DNA of 64,000 nt from Sphagnum compactum. Lineage: Eukaryota. The first letter of the stretch is position 1. Every line of letters begins with the position of its first letter. Below are positions 38,388-52,400 of this stretch, one piece after another. The position numbers and the translations under genes are program-made. The stretch spans positions 6,944,001 to 7,008,000 of the forward strand of contig OZ234494.1 of the NCBI GenBank assembly GCA_965153455.1, in the 5' to 3' direction. The notes beneath the pieces were generated by a model. The model did no database searches, was not told where the DNA came from, and was given only the letters and a program-made list of their open reading frames with translations.

Positions 38388-38450
38388 GCCCTAAACCTAA
38401 AACACTTCCACCGTCCGATCAAAACCCTATTGGCAGATTTGCCCTAAATG
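38388..38450. promoter_or_regulatory. Telo-box-like motifs upstream of RPL35
   Basis: ccctaaacctaaa, aaaacccta and gccctaaa lie ~120-185 bp upstream of the ATG. Telo-boxes are typical of plant ribosomal protein promoters. Confidence 0.5.
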
Positions 38451-39779
38451 GCGTTTGGTACAAATGGCACATTGTCGCCACATTACGAAGATGTTTTTTG
38501 GGATTCGCCATATTTAGATAGTAGGTTTTAGCGTATCGCCAATATAAAGCACAATTCCTAAACTTTTCTACTTTCCTCTCTAACATATAACATGCAGCCA
38601 AATTTGGCTAAAGCCCTCTTTTGGTAACCCACCTACCTCAAGATTTCGAAGAAATAAAACACTGACCCTAACCTGCTTTTTCGGAAAAACAACCACCCAA
38701 AAAAATCTATCTTTTTGGCAAAACTCCCATAACGTCAAAATGCTAAAACGGCAACTACAACTTTTCCATATTGCCAATTGCAAAATGCAAGCACGAATCT
38801 GAAGATGAAGAAGGAGAGTGGCACACTAAACTTGATGAAACCCTGACAAACTTCATAAAAAGAAAGCACCCAAGAAGAAAGGGAGAGTGGCACACCTAAA
38901 CTTGATGAAACCCCATATCTGAAACAGGCACAGAAGGAGGGAAGCTACATTGTAAACATCCATGGATAAGTGCATTGTAGAAAAAACACGCTTGCATTGT
39001 CGATTGTCCATCCTACATTCGGCTCTACAACAAGAGCATTGCAACCTTACCTAAACGTTTTTTCCAAGTGAAGCATAGTTTTAGATGCAACCATGACCTT
39101 CGTATTAAGTAGTTATGATGAGGACAAAGTTATTTACAATTGTCGCCTAAAAGACCTCACTCTATGGCAAACATTTTTGTTCTCATTGTGGTCATTTTTG
39201 GTGTTTGCTCATTTGTTTTATGTGTTTACTCTCAAACTTTGCGAACTTTTACAAACCTTAACCTTTTCATGGCTTGCCCAATCACTAAAGAAATTTCAAG
39301 ATTTGGATCCCCTAAAACTTGCATTTCATAAGCATTCTTCAACCCTAGAACTCGTTGACCATGGCTTGAAACTTCCAATAACACTATAACTTGTAGAGCC
39401 TAAGGTCCAAGAGATTTTATGTGAGAGTCATGGCCTTTTACTAACCCCTTTGATGGATGACTTTGTTGCTGAACATATATTCATTCAGTTGCCAATGGGC
39501 CTATCCATGTTGTGGCATCTTCATTGAGTAGACAAAGTTTGGTTCAAGGTTGTGCGCAAAACTTCAACATGGCAAACCCTAGAAATTGTCAAATTTAACA
39601 ATGCTTCTTACTGTCACATAATTGTTATACAAGGTCTTTCAAAGCTTTTTCTTAAAGCTCAATTGAATTTTGAATTAGAATGCTTACAATATTGCATCAT
39701 AGTCGATGACTCATGAGATCCACTAGATGATATTAAAACTTGACATTTGTATATGACCTTTCACTATGTATATTTTCAG

Positions 39780-42700
39780 AATTTTGAACCACATGACTAC
39801 CAATGCCCATATAACCCTCCGTCAATTTTAATACTCTTAGTGGTCTTGATTCTGGATATGATGATGGTGGGGGTCAAAATTGTTATGATTTTGGATGTTC
39901 AAGTTTCAAATGCAAACCTTTAGCTTGAATGATTAATCTGAATGCTCCAAATCCTTTTTATGACCATCATCTTTTTTTAAAATTTTGGTTGCATCATTCC
40001 CAACCCAGAACCTTAAACCCCCTTGGTGGTCTTGTTGGTTTGTTTTATTCTCATACTATGGTTGTGAAAACATGGTGATTGGGTTGGATTAAATTTGATA
40101 TCATCACTTCAAATGAAATGGCTAAGGGGACATCATTTGCATTTTTTTCTAATAAAACCTCATTATGTTCATTCTAGTTTTCATGATGAGGTGATCAAAC
40201 CTACCTATAGTTTGTTGCATCAAAATTGAAGTCCCCGTGTCTAGCCCTAGTTGGTAGTCATAATGGTTTAACCCTCCCATTTCATCACATTTTAAACTGT
40301 ATTTTAAATTATTAGTCTCTAACTTTAAGTAGTAGATGCCTTTTGTTGGTTCAAGTGGTCTTCATTTTGGATATGATGGTGGTGGCGGCCAAAATTTGAT
40401 TATTTTACTGGTTCAAGTGTCAAATGTAGACCTTTAGCTTGAGGGATTGGTTTGAATGCTCCAAATTATTCTTCTGGCCATCATCCTCTTATCCATTCTA
40501 GTTACATCATTCCCAACCCATAACCATAAACCCCTTTGGCAATCATGCTAATTTGTTTTTCATGTTTTGGTTGTGAAGACATGTTGATTAGGTTGAATCA
40601 TATTAGAAATCATCACTTCAAATGGCCAAGGGGACATCATTTACATTCTCTTCTAATGAAACTTCATTATGTTCATTCTGGTTTTCATGATGCGGTGATC
40701 AAAACCTACTTGTAGTTTGTTGTATCAAAATTGAATTCCCCACGTCCAACCTTAATTAGTGGTCATAATGGTTTAACCCTCCCATTTGGTCACATTTTTG
40801 AACTGCATTCTAGATTATCAATAACTAATTTTAAGTAGTAAATGTTTTTGTTGGTTTAGGTTTTCATTCTGGATATGATAGTAGTGGTGGCTAAAATTTG
40901 ATTATTTTGTTGGTTCAAATGTCAGATGTAGACCTTTAGCTTGAATGATTGGTTTTAATGCTCCAAATTATTATTTTGGCCATCATCATCTTCTTGATTC
41001 TTGTTGCATCATTCCCAACCCAAACCCCTAACCAGGTATTTGTTTTTAGTAGATGAGATATTATTTTGTTATGGATCATTTATACTATAGCACTACGATT
41101 GAAAAAGGACTCCATGCTAAAGAATGTGCTCCATCAAAATGAGGTCATGTAAGGTAAAGACTAAACTTCTAGTTTGGAAGTTTGTACTCAATTCAAGTTT
41201 GTTTCCTTATAAGTTTTTTTGTAGTTGTTTTTGTAAATATGATATTAAGCCATGATGAACTTTGCTATAAGTTCTAGTTAGAAGTCTCACAATCATTTAA
41301 AACATTTAGAGTTTTGAGCAATTTTTTTGTTGTGTAATATGGTTGCACAAAAACATCCAATCAAAACACTATTTTTAAATTGATGGTGTCGGATGTCCTT
41401 CACGATGATGACCTCTTTGATTCTTTGAATTGTTCTCTGCACATTTATTATCCAAATGTTCATTTTGTTAAGAAAGTTGACTAAACATCAATGGATTGTA
41501 TAATGATCTAAATGCAACATCTGATCACATGATTTGTGTACCACAAAAATCATTTTGATTTCACATCTACTCCTAAGTCTTGCGCACCATGAAAATAATC
41601 TGATTACATGATTAATGCACCATGAAAACAATGATTTTACATTTGATCACATGATTTGTGCACCCTGGAAATAGTTTGAGTATTCAAATTGAAACCAAGC
41701 ACACTCAGTTGGGATGCCAGTGAAAGATTATGTTGGGAAGCATGGTGTTAAGGGAACTAACACGAGCCTTCTTATTCACAAACTAAAATTTTGGGCGCAA
41801 TTTGTCCACAACATTTTTGCTCTCCAAATCCCAAATTTTGATGCAATGCTGGGTGGTTGCAACCAACCAATACCTATTAGGGCTAAAACATAAACATTAA
41901 TAATGTCACCAGCGTCATCTTGTTGGTTTTTTTTTTCATGATCTGGTTGTGAAGACATTAATTGGGTTGGCCCAGATATGATATCATCACTTCAAGTTAA
42001 ATGGCCAAAGGACATCATTTACATTTTTCTTCTAATCAAACTTCATTATGTTCATTTTAGTTTTCATGATGTAATGATCAGAACCTACCTATAGTTTGTT
42101 GCATCAAAATTGAGATATCCATGTCTAACCCTAGTTGGTGGTCGTAATGGTCCAACCCTCCCATTTGGTCACATTTTTCAACTGTATTTTGGACTATCAG
42201 TCCTTAACCTTTTAAGTAGAAGATGCATTTGCTAGTTCAAGTGGTTTTTATTTTGGATATGATGGTGGTGGTGGCCAAATTTTGATTATTTTGTTCGTTC
42301 AAATGTCAAATGAAAACCTTTAGTTTGAGTGATTGGTTTGAATGGTCCAAAAAAAAATTTGGAAATCATCTTCTTGTTGATTCTAGTTGTATCATTCCCA
42401 ACCCATAACCTTAAACCAAGTATTTGTTGGTTTTTTTTCTTCATGATCTAATTATGAAGACATCTTGATTGGATCGGCCCAAATCTAATATCATCACTTC
42501 AAGTTAAATGGCCAAGAGACATCATCTACATATTTCCTGATTAGTGGTCATAATGGTTTTACCCTTGGTTTTGGTCACATTTTTAACTACATTCTAAACT
42601 ATCATTCCCTAACCCTAAGTAACAAATGTCGTTTGGTGGTTTAGGTGGTCTTCATTTTGGCTATGATGGTGGTGGTGGCCAAAACTTTTATGCCCTGGTT

Positions 42701-43240
42701 GGTGGTCATAATGATACTGACCTTCCCATTATGGTCACATTTTTTAATTTCATTCTGAACTATTAATCCCTAACCTTAAGTAACAAATGCCTTTGTTGGT
42801 TTAAGTGGTCTTCATTCTAGATATGATTGTGGTGTTGGCCACAACTTTGATGATTTTGTTGGTTCAGGTGTTAGATGGAAACCTTTAGCTTGAGTGATTG
42901 GTCTGAATGCTCCAAATTCTTCTTCTAACCATCATCTTCTTCTTGATTCTAGCCCAATCACTCTTAACCTAAAACTTAAACCCCCTTGGTGGTCTTGCTA
43001 GGGTTTTTTTTTCATGATTTAATTGTGAAAACATGTTGATTAGGTTGGATTAAATATGAAATCATCACTTCAAGTTAAATGGCCAAGGGGACTTCATCTA
43101 CATTTTCTTATGATCAATATTAGAATGTAAATTTTGGGTTTGAAGATGTGGAGATAAAAAACTTGATGTATTTTGTTGATTAGATCATAGATCGCCATGT
43201 CCAACCTTAGATGGTAGTCATAATGGTCTGAATTCCCTTA
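39780..43240. repeat. Degenerate tandem array of a ~500-515-bp unit (about 6 full or partial copies), interrupted at ~41040-41915
   Basis: An anchor like gatatgat(g/a)gtggtgg recurs at ~39855, 40370, 40872, 42256, 42660 and 42820. acctttagcttga, catcattcccaaccc and atcatcacttcaa also recur. Confidence 0.88.
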
Positions 43241-44225
43241 TTAATCAAATTGTCCTGAATGTTTATTCTAATTGTATCTAAACATTTGATTTCCAATGTA
43301 TTTTGGTATGAATGTAATGGTCCAATTATGTTATGTGTGCGTGTTTCCAAGGATGGCAAACCTTTGGACAAACATAGAAGTTGAATTAAACCTTCAAGAA
43401 ATGCCACAATCCGAATTTGTTGCATTACACAAAACTAAGGCCCCTCGAAAAAATAAAGTTCCTAAACAGATTGTGGAGTCTCTTCACCTTAGCACCATGG
43501 CATTTTCCTATAACAAACATTTTGCAAGCTGCAGTAGGGGTAAAAAATAAGTGATTCAACTTATCTCTATTATAGTGTGGAAACAAATTTACATAGATTA
43601 TCAATTACATCAGGGTGAAAGTATCCTTGGGTGGTACCATTAGGGACCACCTCAAGGAATGGAAAAGGAACAAAAAATAATTAAATCAATTTCTTGGGGC
43701 CTTTTACTTTAAATGTTTTCACAACTATGATTTTTTTTTTCTCATTTTTATCAATTGCATGCACTAATATATGGCTTGAAGTTTATTTTTGAATTAATTT
43801 TTTTTTGAAATTATTTTTTTAATTAATTAAAATGGCCCCTTCATAAATTGATAGCCTTAACTTTGAAAATTCATAACTAAATTATATTTATTCAACTAAT
43901 TTCCTAATAAAAACCTAAAAATAAAATGACTTCCAAATTACCTTAAGAAAAAAAATTCCAAGAAATTTTTCAAATTATGTTTCAAATTTTTGTTCTTAAC
44001 TAAAAACTTTAAGGAAAGGAATTAACATTACATTCCTAAAACTTTTTCTAAATGTGATTATTAGAAACATCAAAATACACAATATTCTTAATATTATTGA
44101 AATTTCAAAATCTATGGAACCTAATAAATGTACTCATTATATATATATATAAATGTTTCCTATGATTTTTCAAAGTTCGATGGGCTTAAGAAATCAAGGT
44201 GTGATGATTCCTAGTTGTACCACCC

Positions 44226-44789
44226 ATGGAAATTCTTACCCATCAACCAGATTCAATTTATGTAGAAGAAACTTTGAAGGATCACCTTTGTGACACCTTG
44301 AAGGAGTTAAAAACAGGAACTAACAATGAAAAGGGGTTGAAAAGAATTACCACATTACAACGTGATGAGGTGCTAGAGTGCTTAAAGGCCATAAATGACA
44401 CGCAACCAAGAATGTTTTGAAAAGACATCAAAGTTTGTTACATGGGTCACCTATATTTACACCTTCAACCCCATTATCTAATTCTGTTGAACTATATTTT
44501 TTATATTTAACCCTAATGTTTCATTCGACTTTAGGCCAATTGCAAGTTATAATGATAAGTTGATGACCAAGGCAAAGATGCTAAAAATTTAGTCCAAGAG
44601 CATGGTGACAATTGTAGCTCATTTTCCACAACTTCAGAGATTCGAAATGCTTTCCTAACTAGCAAAGTTGAGATCAACAATCAAAGATTAAATAAGGTGA
44701 AAATTAATAATTTGAAGATAATTAGAGATCTAGGTGTCATCATAGAAGACGAGTTTAGAATAGGGATTAAATCAGTTTTGGACTTGTAA
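44226..44789 (+). pseudogene. Probable decayed second ORF (accessory gene) of the PIF/Harbinger element
   Basis: Coding-like fragments end ...KINNLKIIRDLGVIIEDEFRIGIKSVLDL*. The stop codon directly abuts the transposase stop. No Myb/SANT domain recognised. Confidence 0.45.
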
Positions 44790-46737
44790 TTAAAAATCCC
44801 CAACCTAGCCATGTGTAGCTAGGTTAGCATTTTGATCACCTATGATTTCGTAGGTGAAGTCCATGTGTATCCTATGTAAGAAGTTAATTAAAAGAGTTGT
44901 GGTTTGAAACAAATGTGAATATTTTTGTTTTGTCGAATCAAACTTCTTCATGAGACACCTCCATTTTCTCTTCAACCCACTTATGCCCCCACTCTATTTG
45001 CACTCTAAACTTAAACCTTGGACATGTAATTTGTTGTAAGCTTGCACAACATCATGGTCAGCATTTGGTGGCAATTCATGTCACCTTATCTTACACATAA
45101 TGAACATCTCTTCGCCCATGTAGCCTAAGTCTCCCAATAGATACTCAAAATATTCATCTTTATGGGTGAAATATTGGCACCAATCCTTATAAATACTCGA
45201 ATGTCATAAAATATTCACATTAAAAAAAAACCTAGGTAGCCACCATTTATGTAAATGAACAAGTCTTTATGGTCCAGGATGACCATGTTGTTCATTGCAT
45301 AAATATTTTCTCACCCATTGAACCATGTATAATGTGCCTCATTTAATTTGCTAAAGCTTGCAAATCTCAATCAATGTCCCATCAATGAACCCAATACACC
45401 TTGGCAATTTTGGCAAATGTGTCCCTAATCTAACTCTCTCCTCATGTGTGGGCCATTAGATCTCATTTGAAAGTGCATGGTTGATGCATGATGCAATAAA
45501 CAATGCATCATTAGATAATGCAAATTTTGACCTATTCCACATAAAAGCATCATACATGGTGATGTTGTCATGCTTCATGTACAAAGTAAAGTTGAAGAGG
45601 CATTGTTCAAGTGTCAACTTGGAGGGCATGCCTAATATAACTAAAACCTCACATGTGATGATGTAATAAAGCCCTTCAAATCTGAAAACCCTAAATTTTA
45701 GACCTGAAAACCCTAATCCTAAAGACTAAAACCTAAACCTAAACCCTAAGCCAAAAAAATCAAACTTGAAACCCAACCCCTAAACCCTAAAACCTAAACC
45801 CTAATCTTAAACAAAAAAACCCTAAACCTTAAATTTCAGACCTGAAAACCCTAACCCTAAGGACCAAAACCTAGACCTTAACCCTAAGCCAAAAAATCAG
45901 ACCTAAAACCCAACTTTAAAACCTTAAACCCTAAACCCGAATCCTAAACACAAAAGATAAGACCCTAAACCCTAAATTTCAGACCTAAAAACCCTAACCC
46001 TAAGGACCAAAACCTAGACCCTAACCCTAAGCCAAAAAATCAGACCTGAAACCCAGCCTTGAAACCCTAAAACCTAAACCCTAATCCTAAACACAAAAAA
46101 TTAGACCTTAAACCTTAAATTTCAAACCTAAAAACTTTAACCCTAAAGTTTAAATCTTATAACCTATCCTCAATGGACAAAAGTCAAACCTTAAACCCTA
46201 ATTTTAGAGCTTAAAACCTTAATCTTAACCATAAATAATAAAAATAAGACCTTAAACCATATAATTCAGACATGAAAACCCTAACCTTAAAACATAAAAA
46301 CAAGGCACAAACCCTAAACTCTAAGTGAAAAACCCAAAATTAATGGACAAAAATCAGACCTTAAACCTTAAACCTAAAGTTGGCATGACAACTTCACCTA
46401 TAGATCGTGAATGGGTTGAAATTGTTCTGACCACTAGAGATGCCAATTCATCAAACTCTACCAAGGTGAAGTTGGTCAAACTCTTGAACAAATTTGGTGT
46501 GGCTCACATTGTATTCAACACATTTCAAACACCAACCGTTGGGTCTATGGATTGCCCCGCCCCCTCCTCAATCTCATGGGATGTGAACAATTCATGGGAG
46601 TTGTAAAGAACCACCATGCAATGGAAAATGGCCATGTATTCTTCGTCCATATCCTCCAATACCTCTTCATCACTTGAGGTAGAAGTGAAATGATCACTAT
46701 TAGAAAAAGAAGCATCGCTTTCACTTGAAGAAGACAT
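44790..46737 (-). mobile_element. Decayed PIF/Harbinger (DDE_Tnp_4/HARBI1-like) transposase with one intron (~45654-46397)
   Basis: FKSLTNFTLVEFDEL, GMPSKLTLEQCLFNFTLYMKHD, LPRCIGFIDGTLIEI (D1), YLLGDLGY (D2), RVQIEWGISGLKRKWRCL (E). In-frame stops and frameshifts; TIRs not identified. Confidence 0.88.
45680..46378. repeat. Degenerate telomere-like (AAACCCT) minisatellite organised in ~140-bp higher-order units
   Basis: aaaccct/aaacctt/agacct monomers; anchor aaattt(c/t)a(g/a)acct at ~45693, 45831, 45974 and 46117. Confidence 0.9.
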
Positions 46738-47379
46738 CTTTGATCTCAAATGAAAATGAGAATATAAATGTTTGGAATGAACTCCTCCTTATATAGCCCT
46801 AAACCCTAAGCTACACCTTATAATCTTATATTGTTCCTTGTCTACACCAAAGTCCACTCCATTGGGCCTAAATTTTTCTTCATCGTTATACATACACATT
46901 AAACATAACTTGAAAACTACATTACTAAGCTTAGTTTCATCATTAGTTTGCACCCATGGTGTTGCCCACCATAAACCTTACCTTGAAAATGTGATTCATA
47001 AGTAGTGCCTTAATCTCAAAACAACCCTTTCAACCTTTTAAAAGTCACCCTTTAAAATTTATAAAACTAAACCCTAAACAATAAACAAACACTAAACCCT
47101 AGAACCCATAGCTTTAATAGGTATAAGTTACTAAGAGCCAATGGTTTAATCATAGCCCTATGATAGCCTTAACCCCCTTTGCCCCCAATAGCCCTAGCTC
47201 CCATGGAACTAACTACCATAACATTAGCCTTCATATCAATATGTATATCCATAATCCTTAGGCCCCCATGACCTTAAGCCCCACATGACAAATTTACAGG
47301 GCTCATGGGTTTGTTCCAAATTCATGCGAAATATGTTATTTCATAGGTTCACATTGTTTAAACACAAATGTCATGCATT

Positions 47380-48000
47380 TTTAAACATGAAAGTTATGCA
47401 CATGACTTTCATGTGTAAACAACGAATAGACACATAATATGTGTTTAAACAATACGAATAGGCATATGACATTCGTGTCTACACAATGCACATGACATTG
47501 ATATTCAAACAATATAAATAAATGAATGACATTCGTGTCTATTTCATATGAACCTATGAAAAGTAAACTTTGCACAACTATCATTGCCAAATCATGACCA
47601 TTAAGTTTGTGATGCATAACCTTATATATGTCTAGAATAATTAAACCTTATAAACCTTATAAATCAAAACCTAAAATATCAAATAACCAATAGTCCACAC
47701 CTAATACCCAATAACCGTAGACAATTTACAATGGCCAATAGCCCAAATGGGTTATAACCATAGCCACATTTCTTAGTGCAAATATCAATAGCTAATAACT
47801 ATAGCCTATGGCCAATAGCCAATGGCTGATATGCATAGCTAATAGCCAATAACCATAGCTAATGACCAATAGCCAATGGTTGATATGCATAACCAATAGC
47901 CAATAACCATAACCACTGACCAATAGTCATGGCCAAAGCCAAATGACTAATAGCCAATCATCAATGGCTAATAACCATTGGCATAAGCAATAGCCACATA
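47380..48000. repeat. Degenerate minisatellites (atgacattcgtgtcta units at ~60-bp spacing; (aatagcc/aataacc)n)
   Basis: Read directly at ~47400-47545 and ~47730-48000. Possibly subterminal repeats of the adjacent transposon. Confidence 0.7.
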
Positions 48001-48240
48001 ACACTTTAAACCCATAGCCCTATAGCACCTTAACCCTTAGCTCCCCAACCCTAAATGTCATAGCAGAAGGTAACTGTGGCATCTCGTGGGTGAAAAAATA
48101 AAACCCTGCTGTGGTCAATTTGGGGAACCCATCTTGGGTTTTCCCAGTTTGGATCCTTGTTGGATCCTTATATGCTTACTTTATACACTTAATAAGGGAT
48201 GAGGGAGTGAAAGTTAGGCCCAACTGGGCATGATTTTACG

Positions 48241-48415
48241 GATAACTTTATTATAACTTTATAACTAATCTCAAGTTTCAACACAAGCCAAAATATCATC
48301 TTCTAAAATCCTCATTTTAAAATAGACCTATTCTTTTAGGGGCCAAAATCCTTTAAGCTATTATATTCTATAAAAAATATAAACACAATATCCTTGCCTT
48401 GGTAGGCAAGGCCAA
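48241..48415 (+). repeat. Dispersed repeat family A, copy 2
   Basis: Matches 3398-3575. Confidence 0.85.
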
Positions 48416-49179
48416 CAAACCCACGAACTAGGTAGGAGTAGGTACCTTGCTATCTCGTGAAACCAACACCAATACACCTTTAGAGAAGTGCACTTTTGTC
48501 TTTGTTTTGGGCCAAAGTGAACCAATAGCCGCCGGCCATCATTGCACCATGAAGGATGGATGGTAAGTGATTGGGAAACAATTTTTTATTGGGTTTTAAT
48601 TCTTTAGTTATCGTAAACATGCCCTCCACTGAACATAGGCCAACAACCAAACACTTTTAGACTTTTATGGATTCTTATTTATTTGGAGTAATGTAAAGAG
48701 TTATGGGGTGCCAAACTAAACTTTACATTACGTCTTTCAGCTCCAAAGGCAAAGGAGTAACATAAAAGAAGCACAAAGCATGTAAAATCACATAATTGAT
48801 TTATAAATGGTTTTTAAATTATAAATCTTATATCTTTCTTATTTTTAAAATCCATTTTGAGTGATCTAAAGAGCTATGGTGTGTTAAATTAAGTTTTACA
48901 ATCTTTTTTTGAGCTCCAAAGGCGAAAAAACAACATTAAAAAACCATAAAAAAGATAAATGTGCTAAATTTTTTATTATATTTTAAGTCAATAACTAAAC
49001 ATTCACCCTGGCTATTTTTAATAACCATATTTTCCTCATTTTATGTTCATTTTGAATGATTTAAGTAGTTGTGAATAGCCAAACTTTTTTTAAAAACATT
49101 TTGAACTTGAAAAGCAAAAGAACAATGTCTTAAGATTTGAAACTCTTTGAAAGCTTAAATGTTCATTCATTGGCTTGAC

Positions 49180-49455
49180 TACCCTAAGCATGGTGGTTAG
49201 CTCAAGTTGTTTTTTTTCTAACTACCACCTAGGTAGGTAGTAAAATCAGCCCTTGCCTATTATATATAAACTCCCTCCTTATTTAATAATCACCTATTTT
49301 CCTATCCATTTATTTATATATGAGACCTATTTCTTATAAAATGGGTCACAAAGGTGAGTCCAAATATTAATTCAATTGACATTCATCCAAAATTGAGTAA
49401 TTATGGGTATCCATGTAATGGATGATGCATTGTGGTTATTGGTTCACTTTGGCCT
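49180..49455 (+). repeat. Dispersed repeat family B copy
   Basis: cacctattttccta...atatgagacctattt...ccaaatatt...ttcatcca.aa.tgagt matches the reverse complement of 3720-3860. Confidence 0.75.
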
Positions 49456-52400
49456 TTTTTCACCTTTTTTTAACCATGTCTATACATTAACAAGGATAAT
49501 ACCTATTGTCATACCTATGACGCAAGCTTAACAAATCTTGTCAATATATATTTTTTTTTGGGAAAAAGGTTTTGACAACTTCAATTTGAATATTTCAAAT
49601 TTTCAACAAAAGTATGTAAATATGTAATTTTTATGTACATACAAATTTTGTGTGATTTTTTAAATTTAATTTTTTTTCCTTTTGAAACATAATAACATGC
49701 CCGACCTAACAAGTTATTGGCATCCCCCAAGTCAAACTCATTGGTAGAAGGTGGAATGGAATTTCATTTGCACACCACTTGGTTTAAACTTGGGACCTTT
49801 TTGAAGTTCCAAGGACCCATAATCAACTAAATAAAAATAAAAATTATAGACCACTGTTAAATGGACAAGCTTTCTTTGCTTAAAGGTTTTTTTTTTGATG
49901 GATTGTCTGGTGTTTCTTAGAATTTATCTTCTTGCCTATGTGTTCAACTTGTCATATCTCATGAAAAATAAGTGAAAGTTTTTTTTTTCAATGGACATTC
50001 CAACATTTTGTGCACCATTAAACAAATGACTTTGAAATTGTATTTGAGTATGGTTTTTTTCATTTAAAAAGTAGTGGAAGTCAAGTCAACTAACATGTGC
50101 AAACATGAAATTACATTATAATTAGGTAATGTTTTCTTATCAATCTTTTTTCCCTAGAATAATTCCACCCATGCACTATATAGTAAATTTTGGATGAAAA
50201 AACTTCAAAACATGTTGATTTTGTTCAATAGCAAAATGGTGTTGACCAAACATTTTTGAACAAGATGTTAAACATGGCAAAAGGCCCCATGATTTTTTTT
50301 AACGAATGTTGTGGTGGCACTACCCTTTTTTTTCTTGGCATTCATTTATGAATGGTAGCTTAAAAACAATTTTTTTTCTATTCCTTTGTTAAACACTTTA
50401 ATGTGAATGCACAATTGAATTTGAAATGTGTATTTTATAATATGTTTTGTGTATGAAGTTAGTGATCGCTACATTGTTTACAATGTTTTTTTGTTGTTGA
50501 TGCCAACCTTGTCAATGTTGTTTATGCATTGCAACCTTCATGAGTGAGCTTTGCAAAGGTATTTGCTTTATTGTTCATGGTCTTTTCTTGTTTGTGGCTA
50601 TCACACATACATCTATAAGAGTGTCAACGCTTTGGTGTTAGTTTGGGCATCATTTTTTTCCCTTAGTTGTAAAAGGTGTCCTTTTTACTTTTGGTTATTT
50701 GATCAACATGATGCAAAAGGGAAGGGTCATTTGAATTTTTTTTAAGCTTCATGAAATGACGTTTTTGGGAAAAAAAATTTCCATGAAAAAATGTATATAC
50801 ACAAATATATTTCAAGCTAGGTTATGAATTATGAACATATGTTTTACAATTTTTTTTGGTTGATGAATTTGATGCAAAAACTTGCAAGATCAAATGTGGT
50901 GGTGAAAAAACAAACTAAATGGATACTTAACATATTAACTTGTTCATTTTAGGGAGTGAAATAGTTGTTGCACATATTCCAAGGGGTGTTTTAGTAAACA
51001 TATTCTTAACATTAAAGTGATGGTTGTGCACAATGTAGAAAGTCCTTAGTTAGATGGGTGGATGGATCTTAAAAGCTTATAGTATATGGAAGAAACATCA
51101 ATGATTAACAATGATTATGATTCCATAAGGGATTTGAGAACAACTTTCCTATAATCTTAAAACTTTTAACAATCATTTTTTGGTTGCCAAGTCTTTCATT
51201 TAAAACATAGTTTTTAGTAATTTTCATAGAATATATTGAAAATTAATGTTATTTGAAGAAAAATTGTTGGGGATATAGTTATAATGGGCTTTTTGGTAAA
51301 TAATTGGATCCTATTTAGTTCAATTATTATGTTTTACCAATTATTTTCATGTTTTCAACAAATTTTGGAAAAGGTGGGCATGATTTAATGAATCCATCTA
51401 TGGAATATCAAAGTTCCATGGCTCACTAATAATTATTTTTGCATGTAATGACATCTTTAGGGGAAAGGAATGTTAATTGGATGTTGCCAACATTCCTATC
51501 ATATAGTATTGAATGGTTTATTTCATTGTAAATTTAGTCGACTACTTTGTTATTGTCCTTCATACTTACTTCTTCATTAAACATCACATTGCCACCTTCA
51601 TATAAATGACTTCATGTCATTATTTTGCCCACCATGGAGTTGTTTCAATCATGTGTCTAATAATTGTGGGGGAAGTTACAAGCCCAATGCATAATACTTG
51701 GATGTTGGCTTCAATGGTACAATAAGACATTCCAATATATACAAGCCTATCACTATTTTTCACATTGTATTTTTTTATCATTATAAGAGTGTTTGGACCC
51801 TATTTGTCTCGGAGACTTGGAAAGTTTTTTTTGATTGGTCAAGCAAATGCAATCTTGCCACTGGTTAGCATATTGTTGGATGTTCAAGATAAAGTTTGCA
51901 ATTTTTGGGAGTGTTGTTTGGGCTTACAAATTGTGGGTGGCATTGATCAAATTTTTTTACAAGAAAAGTGTTATGGAGAATAGTAACATATTACCAACAA
52001 AAGATTGATTTCAATGGAGTCGGTTAGGCTTAGAGGACACTAAACAAGTTGGCCGGGTTGACAAGGATGACAGCTACAAGGATGATAATCTTGGTGACAA
52101 AGACATACATTCGGGGATGGATGGAAAACCTCCCACAGAAAAGGTTTTTAATGCTTTGCCACATTTTTTTTCTCTTAGAGATTTTAACAATTTTGTTAAA
52201 CATGTAGAAATCTTTTTTTAATAAGTTACATCTCTTCCTTAAAGCATTCACATGGATCATCATGTTTACATTGTTTAAAAAAATAGGAAATGTGTTTTCT
52301 TTAGTAAGAAAGTTTTAATTTATAGGTATTGGGAAATGGTGCAAAAAATTGAGTTTCTTGTTCAAATGTATGTTCAATTGATCCAATATGCATGTTCCTC

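Noticed and set aside
38807-38915. 2 x ~38-bp duplication (ggagagtggcacac(c)taaacttgatgaaaccc)
   Set aside because: It is real but looks like an ordinary local slippage duplication with no further structure.
45680-46378. True telomere or chromosome-fusion site
   Set aside because: The repeats are degenerate, in one orientation, and embedded within a transposase gene.
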